From Candidatus Zhuqueibacterota bacterium (GTDB lineage: Bacteria; Zhuqueibacterota; Zhuqueibacteria; Thermofontimicrobiales; Thermofontimicrobiaceae): a stretch of DNA of 64,000 bases. Positions 9,526-18,901 of the stretch are shown piece by piece (positions within the stretch are counted from its first letter, which is position 1; every line of letters starts with the position of its first letter). The notes beneath the pieces are model-generated. The model saw only the letters and a list, made by a program, of their open reading frames with translations. It was not told the origin of the DNA and searched no databases. The position numbers were made by a program, and so were the translations under genes. The DNA is taken from assembly GCA_049322915.1 (NCBI GenBank), contig JBMOPW010000003.1, positions 32,001 through 96,000 on the forward strand, written 5' to 3'.

Positions 9526-10449
9526 ATGCGTGACAAGCGTGTAAAGCTGATCTATTTCTCTCTAAGGGGGTCAGAGGTTAAGGACATTGATCTTGGTTGG
9601 AAGAAAGTCTTTCTTTATTTTTCAATGTTATCGGCAATATTGATCATTCTTGTTGCCTTAGCGATTTCACTTTTCACAGATATTTATCATGATACTCGTT
9701 TATCTTCACTCAAAAAGACGAACGAAGTATTGAAATCGCAATTGGGAGAAATGCGTCAGTCGATCGACGTTATCGAAAATAAGGTAAAAAAATTAGAGGC
9801 GAATGCTGACGAAGAGAGAATGATTGCCGGTCTTGACCAAATCGATAAAGAGACGCGGAATTTAGGGGTTGGTGGTCCAAAGGCTGCAATTTTGGATTAC
9901 GAATCGGATGTCCTTCCGCGCGATTTAAGAAAGGATGTTTCTGAAACCCGATCCCTGATTGAGCAGATTGAGAGAAAAATTCAGCTAGTAGAAGAGAATA
10001 AAGAGGAAGTTGAGCATACGCTCGAAACGAAATCTGAAGGCGTCAAACGTCTTCCAACGATCAGACCTGTGCAGGGAGGGAGGATAACTGATCGGTTTGG
10101 AACTCGTATTGATCCTTTTACAGAAAAACCAAGACCCCATAGGGGAATTGATATCGCTGCAAAAATAGGTACTCCAGTTCTTGCAACAGCATATGGGGTT
10201 GTTACAAAAACAGTGCATAGCTATTTACCCAATAAGAATTTTGGGAAATATGTTGAAATTGATCACGGCAATGGTTATATAACGATGTACGCACACCTTG
10301 ACGAGATTTATGTCCGAGTGGGTCAGAAAGTAAAAAGGTGGGAAGAAATTGGAGCAGTCGGTAATACCGGTCGATCGACGGGGCCTCATTTGCATTATGA
10401 AGTAAGAATAAATGATGTTGCGGTTAATCCGTTGAATCACATTTATTAA
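9526..10449 (+). CDS. M23-family metallopeptidase (membrane anchor, coiled coil, LytM domain)
   Basis: HRGIDI, YAHL and STGPHLHYEV zinc motifs; GAGGAG ribosome-binding site. Confidence 0.92.
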   Translation: MRDKRVKLIYFSLRGSEVKDIDLGWKKVFLYFSMLSAILIILVALAISLFTDIYHDTRLSSLKKTNEVLKSQLGEMRQSIDVIENKVKKLEANADEERMIAGLDQIDKETRNLGVGGPKAAILDYESDVLPRDLRKDVSETRSLIEQIERKIQLVEENKEEVEHTLETKSEGVKRLPTIRPVQGGRITDRFGTRIDPFTEKPRPHRGIDIAAKIGTPVLATAYGVVTKTVHSYLPNKNFGKYVEIDHGNGYITMYAHLDEIYVRVGQKVKRWEEIGAVGNTGRSTGPHLHYEVRINDVAVNPLNHIY

Positions 10450-10520
10450 TTCATCATCAGATCAGGCTCTTGACCTTTTTCAACGCCTTTTACCTGGCAA
10501 AAAAAATTTTTGGTGATTCG

Positions 10521-10549
10521 AAAACCCTCTGAATTTTCAGGGGGTTTTT
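10521..10549 (+). terminator. Intrinsic terminator
   Basis: aaaaccctctgaa-t-tttcagggggttttt hairpin with U-tract after the M23 gene. Confidence 0.7.
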
Positions 10550-10705
10550 CATTGAATGTTATTAATAACAAGGCTAACTTGAGATTTGCGTTCCGGGTAG
10601 CGGTGCATTCCAGACAATAATCAATGACAGCCTTGCCGGACGATTCGCCAAAGAGAAATATCTGCTTCAATCACAAAAAAAACTATGTTATCCTGATTCG
10701 AGGAA

Positions 10706-12889
10706 ATGATGAAATTGTCAATCTATTCGATCTTTGTAACGTTGACAGTATTACTCGTATTACCAGATGCGAAGGGGAGTTCTATCGATAGTCATGTTAC
10801 AAGGCCTGTTGGCCCGGGGATCTTTTATCATGAAATCTATCAAAATGAAGGCCCATGGAGCATACGGGTTTTGGAGATTGATCTGACAAATCAATTCGTT
10901 TCTTTAGAGACAATTAAAGCGAATAGCATTGTGGCGGGTAGGGAGAAATTATCCCGAATGGCGAAGTCGGCCAGTTCGGATGGGCATTGGGTCGTCGGTG
11001 GTATAAACGCCGATTTTTTCTCGTCTTCAGGGATCCCACATGGCATCCAGGTCATTGACGGGAAACTACTTACCGATCCGTCAGGATGGTCGGTATTTGG
11101 ATTAACCAGGAATAGAAAACCATTCATCGATAAAATGTCATTACAAGCGAGCGTCGTTGCAGATGAAGGCGTATCCCATCCGATCCATCATATCAATAAA
11201 ACGGGTGCCATAAATGAAATGACGTTATTTTCGAGTCACGTGGGGCCGCATCGTGTAGCCGCTGAAAATTCCATCGAACTTATCCTGCGCTCCACCAATG
11301 GGCAGTTGCACTTGTGCAATACCCTTATTGTCGTGGTGGATAGTATCCTGTCCACGTCGAATGGCTTCGCAGTTCCCGAATCCGGATTTATCCTTGCTGC
11401 GGATGGCAGAGCTCAAAAATTTATTGAGAGCTATGCCGCAGTGGGTGACACCTGGAAAATCTTCATTGCCTTTCAGCCTTCGTACGACATCCTTGAAGCG
11501 ATCAGTGGAGGACCACGGATCATCCGGAACGGAGGCATTTCCGTGGAGAACGCGGATGAAGGGATTTCCGATGCGTTTGCAACTGCACGTCATCCTCGAA
11601 GCGCCATTGGTTTTAACAAGGAGGGCACGCATATCTATTTTATCGCAGTGGATGGCCGTCAGCCGGGATATAGCGTAGGAATGTCGCTGTATGAATTGTC
11701 GGATCTTATGATACAGTTTGGAATTACGGAAGCAGTGAATTTGGATGGTGGTGGTTCTACGACCCTGGTCGTGCGCGATTCTGTTGTCAATCGGCCTTCT
11801 GATGATTCAGGCGAAAGGACGGTTGCAAATGCAATACTCGCTGTGAGCACTGCTCCCCTGGGTCCGCTCAGCACGATTGAAATCGAACCGGAACGGGCTA
11901 AGATCGTTGCCAATTCAGAGTTCGATTTTCGCGTGCATGGTTACGATCAATATTTCAATCCAATCCCAGTCGATCAGAAATCAATTGTGTGGGAGGTCAA
12001 GCCTGGCTCATTTGAATCGAGTAAAAACGGGCTTATTTCTTTTAACTCCAATATTGGACCGCACATTATTATTGCCCATAATAATGACTTGGTTGATACA
12101 GCCTACGTCGACCTTGTGAATATCTCAGCGATTGAATTGCAACCGAACCCCATTGTTTTAGAATTGGGAGGGTGCCAGCAAATGCTGATAAACATTTATG
12201 ATAATGAAGGCTTTAAAATTAACCAGAAGTTAAGTTATAACGCGATCGTTTCAAATGCGATCGGGACGCTGGATTCAAATTTTGTTTTTCAGGCTCAGCG
12301 ACCCGGACGAGGCCAACTCAAAGTAACGAAGGGCGACGTGAGCGGCAGTGCGAGCATTATTGTCGGTGACAAATCCACAACTATCATCGAAGATTTTGAG
12401 GACATTTCGGACTGGACAGTGAGCACATTGCGGGCAACTCCAGAAGCCTGCCAGTTTGTTCTGTCAGACTCTTTCTTTTATATTGGAAGTCATTCGGGAG
12501 AGCTTCAATACCATCTGGAATCAGGAGGAACGAGCGCTGTTTATTGTCAAACGTCGATTCCCGTGTTTGGAGAGCCGTATGCAATAAGCCTCAGCGTTTT
12601 GGGTGATGCTAAAAGTCATTGGCTGCGCGGTGAATTTGAAGATAGAAACGGTCATTTGTTTATCATGGATTTTACTGAAAAAATTCATGGCATCCACTGG
12701 AAAAATGAATGGAAGCATCTTCAGGCAACATTATCTTCATCGCAACCAAGTTGGACGAATCCCTCCGCAACGATAAAATTTCCTATCACCTGGAAAAAAT
12801 TATATATCGCTGAAACAGATGAGAAAGCTAAAAATAGCGGTATTATTTATTTCGATAATCTGCAGGCGGAATATATCCAGACGCCATGA
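10706..12889 (+). CDS. Secreted phosphodiester glycosidase (NAGPA-like) family protein with Ig-like domains and a possible carbohydrate-binding domain
   Basis: GINADFF, RHPRSAIG, VDGRQPGYSVG and AVNLDGGGST motifs. Confidence 0.8.
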   Translation: MMKLSIYSIFVTLTVLLVLPDAKGSSIDSHVTRPVGPGIFYHEIYQNEGPWSIRVLEIDLTNQFVSLETIKANSIVAGREKLSRMAKSASSDGHWVVGGINADFFSSSGIPHGIQVIDGKLLTDPSGWSVFGLTRNRKPFIDKMSLQASVVADEGVSHPIHHINKTGAINEMTLFSSHVGPHRVAAENSIELILRSTNGQLHLCNTLIVVVDSILSTSNGFAVPESGFILAADGRAQKFIESYAAVGDTWKIFIAFQPSYDILEAISGGPRIIRNGGISVENADEGISDAFATARHPRSAIGFNKEGTHIYFIAVDGRQPGYSVGMSLYELSDLMIQFGITEAVNLDGGGSTTLVVRDSVVNRPSDDSGERTVANAILAVSTAPLGPLSTIEIEPERAKIVANSEFDFRVHGYDQYFNPIPVDQKSIVWEVKPGSFESSKNGLISFNSNIGPHIIIAHNNDLVDTAYVDLVNISAIELQPNPIVLELGGCQQMLINIYDNEGFKINQKLSYNAIVSNAIGTLDSNFVFQAQRPGRGQLKVTKGDVSGSASIIVGDKSTTIIEDFEDISDWTVSTLRATPEACQFVLSDSFFYIGSHSGELQYHLESGGTSAVYCQTSIPVFGEPYAISLSVLGDAKSHWLRGEFEDRNGHLFIMDFTEKIHGIHWKNEWKHLQATLSSSQPSWTNPSATIKFPITWKKLYIAETDEKAKNSGIIYFDNLQAEYIQTP

Positions 12890-13047
12890 GAAACACTTTG
12901 TCCATTTAACGCTTGATTGAAAATCCTTGTGTAAGCCCATTCTCTTCTTCTTCGGATACAAAATTCCTGTTGCATTTTAAAATCGATTTTTTTAACATTA
13001 GGTGTTTCTTGGCAGGCAATCATGATGATAAAAACGGAGGTCAAGCA

Positions 13048-13407
13048 ATGCCAATTTATGAATATATTTGTGAGGACTGTGGGAAAAGGATAAATTTTTT
13101 AGTCCTGAACAGGGACACTTTTTTTCCCCAATGCAATCGTTGCAACAGCAAGAACCTTCGGAGGATCATGTCTCGTTTCGCTGCTATCCGGTCCGAAGAA
13201 AGCCGGATGGAAAGTTTAGCCGATCCCGGGAAATGGGGATATCTGAATGAGAACGACCCCAAAAGTATGCTGAACTTTGTCAAAAAGATGGGCAAGGAAA
13301 TGGGCGATGAGCTTGGTGAAAATTATGATGATCTTGTCGCCGAGGCGGAGTCCGAAATCGAGAATAGTGAGTCAAAGAAAAAAAATCAAGATGATGACCT
13401 GGTTTGA
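13048..13407 (+). CDS. FmdB-family zinc-ribbon protein
   Basis: MPIYEYICEDCG...CNRCNS; GGAGG ribosome-binding site places the start at 13048 rather than 12913. Confidence 0.85.
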   Translation: MPIYEYICEDCGKRINFLVLNRDTFFPQCNRCNSKNLRRIMSRFAAIRSEESRMESLADPGKWGYLNENDPKSMLNFVKKMGKEMGDELGENYDDLVAEAESEIENSESKKKNQDDDLV

Positions 13408-13437
13408 GCCAGAGACTTTCAAGCAAAGTTCCGTTGA

Positions 13438-13464
13438 AGCGGTTTGAATTTAATGTTAGGCGGC
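13438..13464 (+). mobile_element. Integron-type core site (GTTAGGC, 13455-13461) with remnant attC right arm
   Basis: GTTRRRY match gttaggcggc, nearly complementary to downstream gccgcccaac (14901-14910) and cgccgcccaa (14187-14196). Confidence 0.55.
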
Positions 13465-13505
13465 GGCGCCAGCCATTCCTGGTGCAGAATAGATGGACGA
13501 GTACA

Positions 13506-14156
13506 TTGAGTCGAGTCAATAGTGCCGAAAATGCAGGGACGCGCTGGGAGTGGCTCTGTAGAATCAGCGGAGTGGCCGCCCTGACGTTGGGAATACTGTT
13601 CTTGGTCGCAATACTGAGTCTACTCACGGCAAGTCTTCGACCTCGAGCCATAAATGGCTGGTGGTCACTACTTCAGAACAACTAGCTCGTCATACTCTTC
13701 AAACTGAATGCCGGAGACGACAGGGTTCAATTCGATCAATTGTACGGGCCGAATCTCCTCGATCTTGCTATCATGGCGCTCGTGGCTATCATGTACTTCG
13801 GCCTCTACGTTGTGCTCAAGAGAACCAGTAGAATCTGGTCCATCGTTGCTGCGGTCATACCCTTTCTGGGGATGGCGCTCTTCATTGTCACCAAACTGGC
13901 AGGCCGCAGCGGGGTAATGGGTGCGGGAGTAGTAATCTCATTCGTCATGCTGCAGAGCAACATCTTTGGCAAAGTCATTGCCTTTGTGGGGGTTCTGGGA
14001 AGCGTGCTCCTGTTGGTAGGTGACTTTGGCACGACAGCAAACTCTCCCTCGACTGTCGTTGCCATCCTCGTAGGTATTGGGTACGTACTTATGATGACGT
14101 GGTTCTTCTTGATTGCTCGAAGGCTCTTCCAATTGAGGCAGAACACATCTAAGTAG
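13506..14156 (+). pseudogene. Multi-pass membrane protein (DUF4386-like, tentative) split by an in-frame TAG
   Basis: ORFs 13404..13685 and 13740..14156 share one frame. Reading through the TAG at 13683-13685 gives ...LLQNN*LVILFKLNAGDDRVQFDQLYGPNLLDLAIM.... The start is uncertain (TTG at 13506). Confidence 0.65.
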
Positions 14157-14225
14157 GATATGCAATCTAACTATCGTGGAAAGGAACGCCGCCCAATACA
14201 AGAATTATCTGTCTGAAGAGTAGGT

Positions 14226-14843
14226 ATGGGATTTACCGAGAAACTGATGGAACAGGGGCGCAAGCCTTACGGTGTGCCGGGCAGAATCATTGGATATTTA
14301 ATGAATCTCAGTCACAGAAGTGTCTACAAATGGGGTCTTGGTTGTATTTCACCCGGGAACAAAGCCATCGTCCTCGATATTGGCTGCGGTGGTGGAGAAG
14401 TAGTCAAATCATTAGCGATGAACACACCAGAAGGGAAAATATATGGGCTTGATCATTCTTCGGAAATGGTAGGTCTGGCGCGGAGAGTGAATCAGACATT
14501 TGTAGACAGCGGCCGGGTTGAAATCAATCACGGTATAGTGTCATCTTTACCATACTCGGATAATAAGTTTGATATTGTTACCGCGTTTGAGACAATACAG
14601 TTTTGGCCGAACCTGGATGCGGATTTAAGGGAAGTGAAACGGGTACTAAAGCCGTTGGGGGAGTTATTGATAGTAAACAGGTATCCTGATTTGGAAGGAC
14701 GGAATGCGGACTGGGCAGAGTTTTTGCAGATACGCTCATCAAAAGAATATCAAGAACGCTTGAATAATGCAGGGTATAGAGATATTTCAATTGATGATGG
14801 TTCGAAAGCGGGATGGATTATGGTGTCAGCGAAAAAGCCTTAA
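14226..14843 (+). CDS. Class I SAM-dependent methyltransferase
   Basis: VLDIGCGGG motif I, LPYSDNKFDIV and RVLKPLG motifs. Confidence 0.88.
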   Translation: MGFTEKLMEQGRKPYGVPGRIIGYLMNLSHRSVYKWGLGCISPGNKAIVLDIGCGGGEVVKSLAMNTPEGKIYGLDHSSEMVGLARRVNQTFVDSGRVEINHGIVSSLPYSDNKFDIVTAFETIQFWPNLDADLREVKRVLKPLGELLIVNRYPDLEGRNADWAEFLQIRSSKEYQERLNNAGYRDISIDDGSKAGWIMVSAKKP

Positions 14844-14900
14844 ATGCCGTTTATCGCTGGTATGCATTCTGGTCAGGCCAGGGCGCTGTCTCCCCTCAAG

Positions 14901-14996
14901 GCCGCCCAACAAGCGTATGCACCCGCCTGCCTGCCGCCAGATTTATTAAAGGTTCTGCGCCGGCGAAGAAGCTTGTAAGTGAAGGAAGTCTTGCTG
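14901..14996 (+). mobile_element. Truncated attC-like site (left arm only)
   Basis: RYYYAAC inverse core GCCCAAC followed by aagcgtatgcacc (L-box-like). No complementary right arm or GTTRRRY is visible at the expected distance. Confidence 0.5.
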
Positions 14997-15035
14997 GCCT
15001 TGCAACGGAAGCTGCTCACCATGTTGAAATGGGAG

Positions 15036-15174
15036 CCGCTGAAGCGGCTCAATTCTTGATCGCGTATCTAAAATCACCAAACTGAAGCATGGTTTTGGTT
15101 CAAAATTGTACTAACACCACGATGTATCGTGATGTTTAAAAATCAACCAGATAGCTAACCAGCCGCTTCAGCGG
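15036..15174. repeat. REPIN-like element with perfect 14-bp terminal inverted repeats
   Basis: ccgctgaagcggct (15036-15049) and agccgcttcagcgg (15161-15174); degenerate inner palindromes at about 15075-15094 and 15115-15134. Confidence 0.6.
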
Positions 15175-15446
15175 ATTCGGGAATACATGAGCTGATTCGT
15201 TATCATTTTTCCTCAAAAAATTGTGAACAAAATTCATGGTTTTTGAAAGTTAGGCTCTTATATTCATGACACACAAAGGCGGCGGTTTTACGACCCGGAT
15301 CACGCGGGAAGGGCATTGGCCTTCAAATTTAAAACGTTTGTACTCTGACATCGCGCTATCTTTTTTCTTCTCTCAGATAAAAAATTCATTCTCAGACCCG
15401 GATGTATTGTTTCTTTGATGGATTACCGCACCATCCCCACTCCCGA

Positions 15447-16601
15447 TCATTTAATTTTAAACTGCATCCCGGCCATGATAAAATAGTTATCAAACTGATA
15501 GTAGCTGGCATTGGATTCATTCACCAGGTAACCGCCTTCAAGGGACAGGCCGATGTTTTTAACGCCCCAGTTGATGGCAAAGCTTCGGCTCAACCCGCTC
15601 CAGAAAAGAGCTCGCTGGTCTTTGCGCAGGTCGCCGGATACATCCAAATTTCCTTCCAGATCATAAATCTGGCGGCTGTGATAATTTTTCCAATAATAGT
15701 AGGAGCCTATCTCCCATTTAATATAGGCTGGTAAAAAGTGCGTGAAACTTAAAGAAACCTCATGGCCGCTGTAACCGTACCGATCGTCGAACAATTCATC
15801 TTCAGTGAAAAGGTCTTCGCTGTCCATCACCGTCGCGGAGCCGCTCACCAATCCCGGCTTAAATCGGTTCACATAATTGAAACTGATTGATGTTTTCATG
15901 CCCAGGGATTGCGCCAGTTTCACGTTACTCACCAATTGATCCACCGCGGGCATTCTCGAATAATCCACCACCAGGTTTCTTCCTCTCCCCTGCATCGATT
16001 GCAGCGGGATATAATCTTTCAGGCCGTAGTTTACGGACATCGTGATGGACGTTCCTGTTTGAAAAAACGTATTCATCTGAAAATAGACCAGATGCTCCCA
16101 ATAATTGAATTCCGGTAAATTCGAATAACTCCGGTTATTGATGACGTAACCAACGCGTCCGATCAAATTATGATACATGTAAAATTTTGCATTGACGTAC
16201 GCCTGAATTTTGAAATAATCGAACACATCATAATCATCGCGGCCATCGTGCCAATACCAGTTACCGCCAAAAAAATAGGTCGTTCTATGATTCGAAGAAG
16301 CAGCAATGCCATCGTATCCCAGCGATTGGGTATGGTAGAACCGATCCAAATACTTTTTGAATACGTTTAAATCACCCTGGTAATACAACTGGGATTGCAC
16401 TTTTTCACCCTCGATGACATGGCTCAGGGATAATCCCACATTGTCATTCAAATCCGGCAGTTGTTTGTAGTTATAGAATGAATTTGAATAATAGGACATC
16501 TGCTGTGAAACAGTCACCGATGTCTGAGAATGGGCTGTGACACTGAACAGGGCCACTGTGAATAACATCATTAAATAGGAAAGATACCATTGCCGTTTCA
16601 T
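15447..16601 (-). CDS. Hypothetical exported protein, probable outer-membrane beta-barrel
   Basis: Signal peptide; Tyr/Phe-rich alternating strands; C-terminal YFIMAGMQFKIK strand. Confidence 0.6.
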   Translation of the reverse strand: MKRQWYLSYLMMLFTVALFSVTAHSQTSVTVSQQMSYYSNSFYNYKQLPDLNDNVGLSLSHVIEGEKVQSQLYYQGDLNVFKKYLDRFYHTQSLGYDGIAASSNHRTTYFFGGNWYWHDGRDDYDVFDYFKIQAYVNAKFYMYHNLIGRVGYVINNRSYSNLPEFNYWEHLVYFQMNTFFQTGTSITMSVNYGLKDYIPLQSMQGRGRNLVVDYSRMPAVDQLVSNVKLAQSLGMKTSISFNYVNRFKPGLVSGSATVMDSEDLFTEDELFDDRYGYSGHEVSLSFTHFLPAYIKWEIGSYYYWKNYHSRQIYDLEGNLDVSGDLRKDQRALFWSGLSRSFAINWGVKNIGLSLEGGYLVNESNASYYQFDNYFIMAGMQFKIK

Positions 16602-16639
16602 TTTATCACCTCTATGCTATTTCTAACCGGGGAAAAAAC

Positions 16640-16689
16640 AAAAGCAGTGACACATTTTATTGGAATCAGGATGTAGTGCCACTGCTTTT
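16640..16689 (-). terminator. Intercistronic stem-loop (terminator or mRNA stabiliser)
   Basis: aaaagcagtgacac...gtgccactgctttt inverted repeat; reads into a U-rich run on the minus strand. Confidence 0.5.
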
Positions 16690-16716
16690 GCAACACGTGA
16701 TTTGCTACAAAGAGAA

Positions 16717-17208
16717 TTACTTACCGGAAGCTTTCAGTTGTTTCTGTGCACCTTTGGGGCCTGTTCCGTCGCATACGCCGGTTCCACCATCAACGCCCAG
16801 CTTGCTTCCTCCGAAGCCCAGTTTTTGGCTGTTGAGTCGGTTCAATGCTTTCTGACCATATTTGTTGCCGGTACCATCCTGGGGTTTCACATAATCGGGA
16901 TCCTGGCAATTTGGGATACCATCGCCATCCGCATCCTGCATGCGATCATTGATGCCATCGCCATCTTCATCGATGAAGCCAAAGCGTTTGCCCTGGTCCG
17001 GGTTGACCGGAACATAGTCAGGATCCTGACCATTGGGGATACCGTCGCCATCGCTGTCCGGGGCGTTGTCATTATAGCCGTCCCCGTTTTCATCGACAAA
17101 ACCGATTCCGTGATTCACGGTTTGAGCATAGGTGTTGCCGCTGTAGAACGCGAATGTGAGTACTGCAACCGCGAAGGCTGCGATCGAGAGTTTCAATAAG
17201 TGTTTCAT
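16717..17208 (-). CDS. Exported small protein with duplicated DxDGDG (Ca2+-binding-like) repeats
   Basis: GGAGG site plus ATG at 17208; signal peptide; two copies of GFxDExGDGxND...DxDGDGIPNxQDPDYV. Confidence 0.75.
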   Translation of the reverse strand: MKHLLKLSIAAFAVAVLTFAFYSGNTYAQTVNHGIGFVDENGDGYNDNAPDSDGDGIPNGQDPDYVPVNPDQGKRFGFIDEDGDGINDRMQDADGDGIPNCQDPDYVKPQDGTGNKYGQKALNRLNSQKLGFGGSKLGVDGGTGVCDGTGPKGAQKQLKASGK

Positions 17209-17282
17209 GGTAAACCTCCAAAAAAGTGTAGTGAATGATGATGATGATTTAGTTACTTTATTTTCAATTTCACATCTGTTCA

Positions 17283-17298
17283 AGCAACTGACGTGCCA
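17283..17298 (-). promoter_or_regulatory. sigma54 (-24/-12) promoter
   Basis: Minus strand reads TGGCAC-GTCAG-TTGCT, an exact TGGCAC-N5-TTGCW match about 75 nt upstream of the start codon. Confidence 0.8.
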
Positions 17299-17538
17299 CT
17301 TTTTATTACACCTACTTAACTTAATGTAATTTCAAATAGCTAAATTAAATTTCGATTTTTTAACTTTGCTCCGTTCCACAAGTTAATTCGACCTGATAGT
17401 CGAATTTGTCGACCATTTTGTTTTGTCGGACAATGGAAACGATGTGAATTTGGGATATTCTGATTTCGGAAGAGATAGAAACATCCTCGAAGGAATGAGC
17501 GCAGGGTGAATATTTAATTCGATATTCATAAAAATAGA

Positions 17539-17586
17539 TTGACACTTTCAGAATTCTTTGCTATATTTGCTTCGACAATTATCGAA
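17539..17586 (+). promoter_or_regulatory. sigma70 promoter with palindromic operator
   Basis: TTGACA-17-TATATT (17539-17567) followed by TTCGA-N6-TCGAA (17571-17586). Confidence 0.65.
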
Positions 17587-17608
17587 CCAATTCACGGAGA
17601 ATCATTAT

Positions 17609-18283
17609 ATGAACGTCGATGAGAGCATACAAATCATGAAAGCCCTGGCGGACAGTTCGCGATTGATGATTGTGAACTCTCTCATGGAGAAGGCGCAATG
17701 CGTTGAGGAGTTAGCCGAGCGATTCAATCTGGCAGCGTCCACTGTGTCGTTCCATCTCAAAAAGCTCGAGAATGCGCGCTTGCTCCACAAAGAGAAAAGG
17801 CAGTACTATGTTTTTTTCTCGCTCAATCCTGAAATTTTTACATCCACCCTGCAACAGCTCATTTCATTCGAGAACATCGGGAAGTACGTGCAAGAAGAAC
17901 GCATTCTAAAATATAAGGAGAAAGTGATTCATACGTTTTTTGAAAAAGGCAAACTGCGTCGATTGCCTTCTCAGCACAAGAAGCGCTGGATTGTACTGGA
18001 GCAGATCGCACAGAGATTCGAGACAGGAAAAGAATACAGTGAGGCCGACGTCAACGCGACGATTTCCACGGTGTTTGATGATTACTGCTCCATCCGCAGG
18101 GAACTGGTTGACGAAGGAATCATGGAGCGCGACGGGCAGCGCTACCGACTCTCCGAGCGAAAATTTGATGAATCGCCAAAACTTCGTCCCAATAGCCTGC
18201 AACATAGTTATCAGCAAAGTATAAGTCACCGTTCCCGACCGGGCAAAACGACGAAAGGAGTTGAGTCGAATGATAGATCGTAA
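17609..18283 (+). CDS. ArsR/SmtB HTH fused to a DUF2087-like domain
   Basis: KALADSSRL...STVSFHLKKL HTH; C-terminal LPSQHKKR...YSEADVN...DDYCSIRRELVD. Confidence 0.8.
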   Translation: MNVDESIQIMKALADSSRLMIVNSLMEKAQCVEELAERFNLAASTVSFHLKKLENARLLHKEKRQYYVFFSLNPEIFTSTLQQLISFENIGKYVQEERILKYKEKVIHTFFEKGKLRRLPSQHKKRWIVLEQIAQRFETGKEYSEADVNATISTVFDDYCSIRRELVDEGIMERDGQRYRLSERKFDESPKLRPNSLQHSYQQSISHRSRPGKTTKGVESNDRS

Positions 18284-18623
18284 ACAGGCCAGGCAGCATT
18301 ACAAGCAAACGCCCCGACCCGCCGGGGTTATTCTGATCAAAAATTTAGTCAATGGAAAAATGTTCATCGACAGCAGTCCCAATCTGAACGTCGCTTTTAA
18401 CAAGCACAAAGCCCAACTCAAATTCGGTTCGCACCGGAATCAACGGTTGCAGCAGGATTGGAACCAGTTCGGTCCGGACAATTTTTCATTCGAAATTCTG
18501 GAACAATTGAAACTGCAGGAAGACGTCAATTACAATTACACCGATGATCTTAAAATTTTGCGCCAGATCTGGCTGGATAAATTGCAGCCCTTTGACGACA
18601 GGGGATACAATAAAAAAACATGA
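18270..18623 (+). CDS. GIY-YIG-like small protein
   Basis: AGVILIKNLVNGKMFI...HRNQRLQQDWNQFGPDNFSFEILE...GYN; overlaps the upstream stop codon. Confidence 0.7.
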   Translation: MIDRKQARQHYKQTPRPAGVILIKNLVNGKMFIDSSPNLNVAFNKHKAQLKFGSHRNQRLQQDWNQFGPDNFSFEILEQLKLQEDVNYNYTDDLKILRQIWLDKLQPFDDRGYNKKT

Positions 18624-18805
18624 TTGAACCATTGCAGACCGAATGGCTGGCCCGACAAATGCCGATCCAGCCATCTCAATATCCCCGATGTCTTCCACCA
18701 CGCTTTTACTGAAATAATCTGCACCGCTGCGGACTGATGCATACATGCCCCTCATTTTCCCGCCGGCCTGACCGCTGTATTTTTTTAATCAGAAAAAAAA
18801 TTCCC

Positions 18806-18863
18806 TTGACTTTTTGAAATATTCTTATATATTATTATTGTACTATTCAAATAGTACAATAAT
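18806..18863 (+). promoter_or_regulatory. Promoter and GntR/YtrA-type operator
   Basis: TTGACT...TATATT; palindrome attattgtactatt-ca-aatagtacaataat (18834-18863) with 14-bp arms. Confidence 0.75.
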
Positions 18864-18901
18864 CATCTAACACAAAAATCGTCTTTTGAGAGGGATCTAT
18901 T

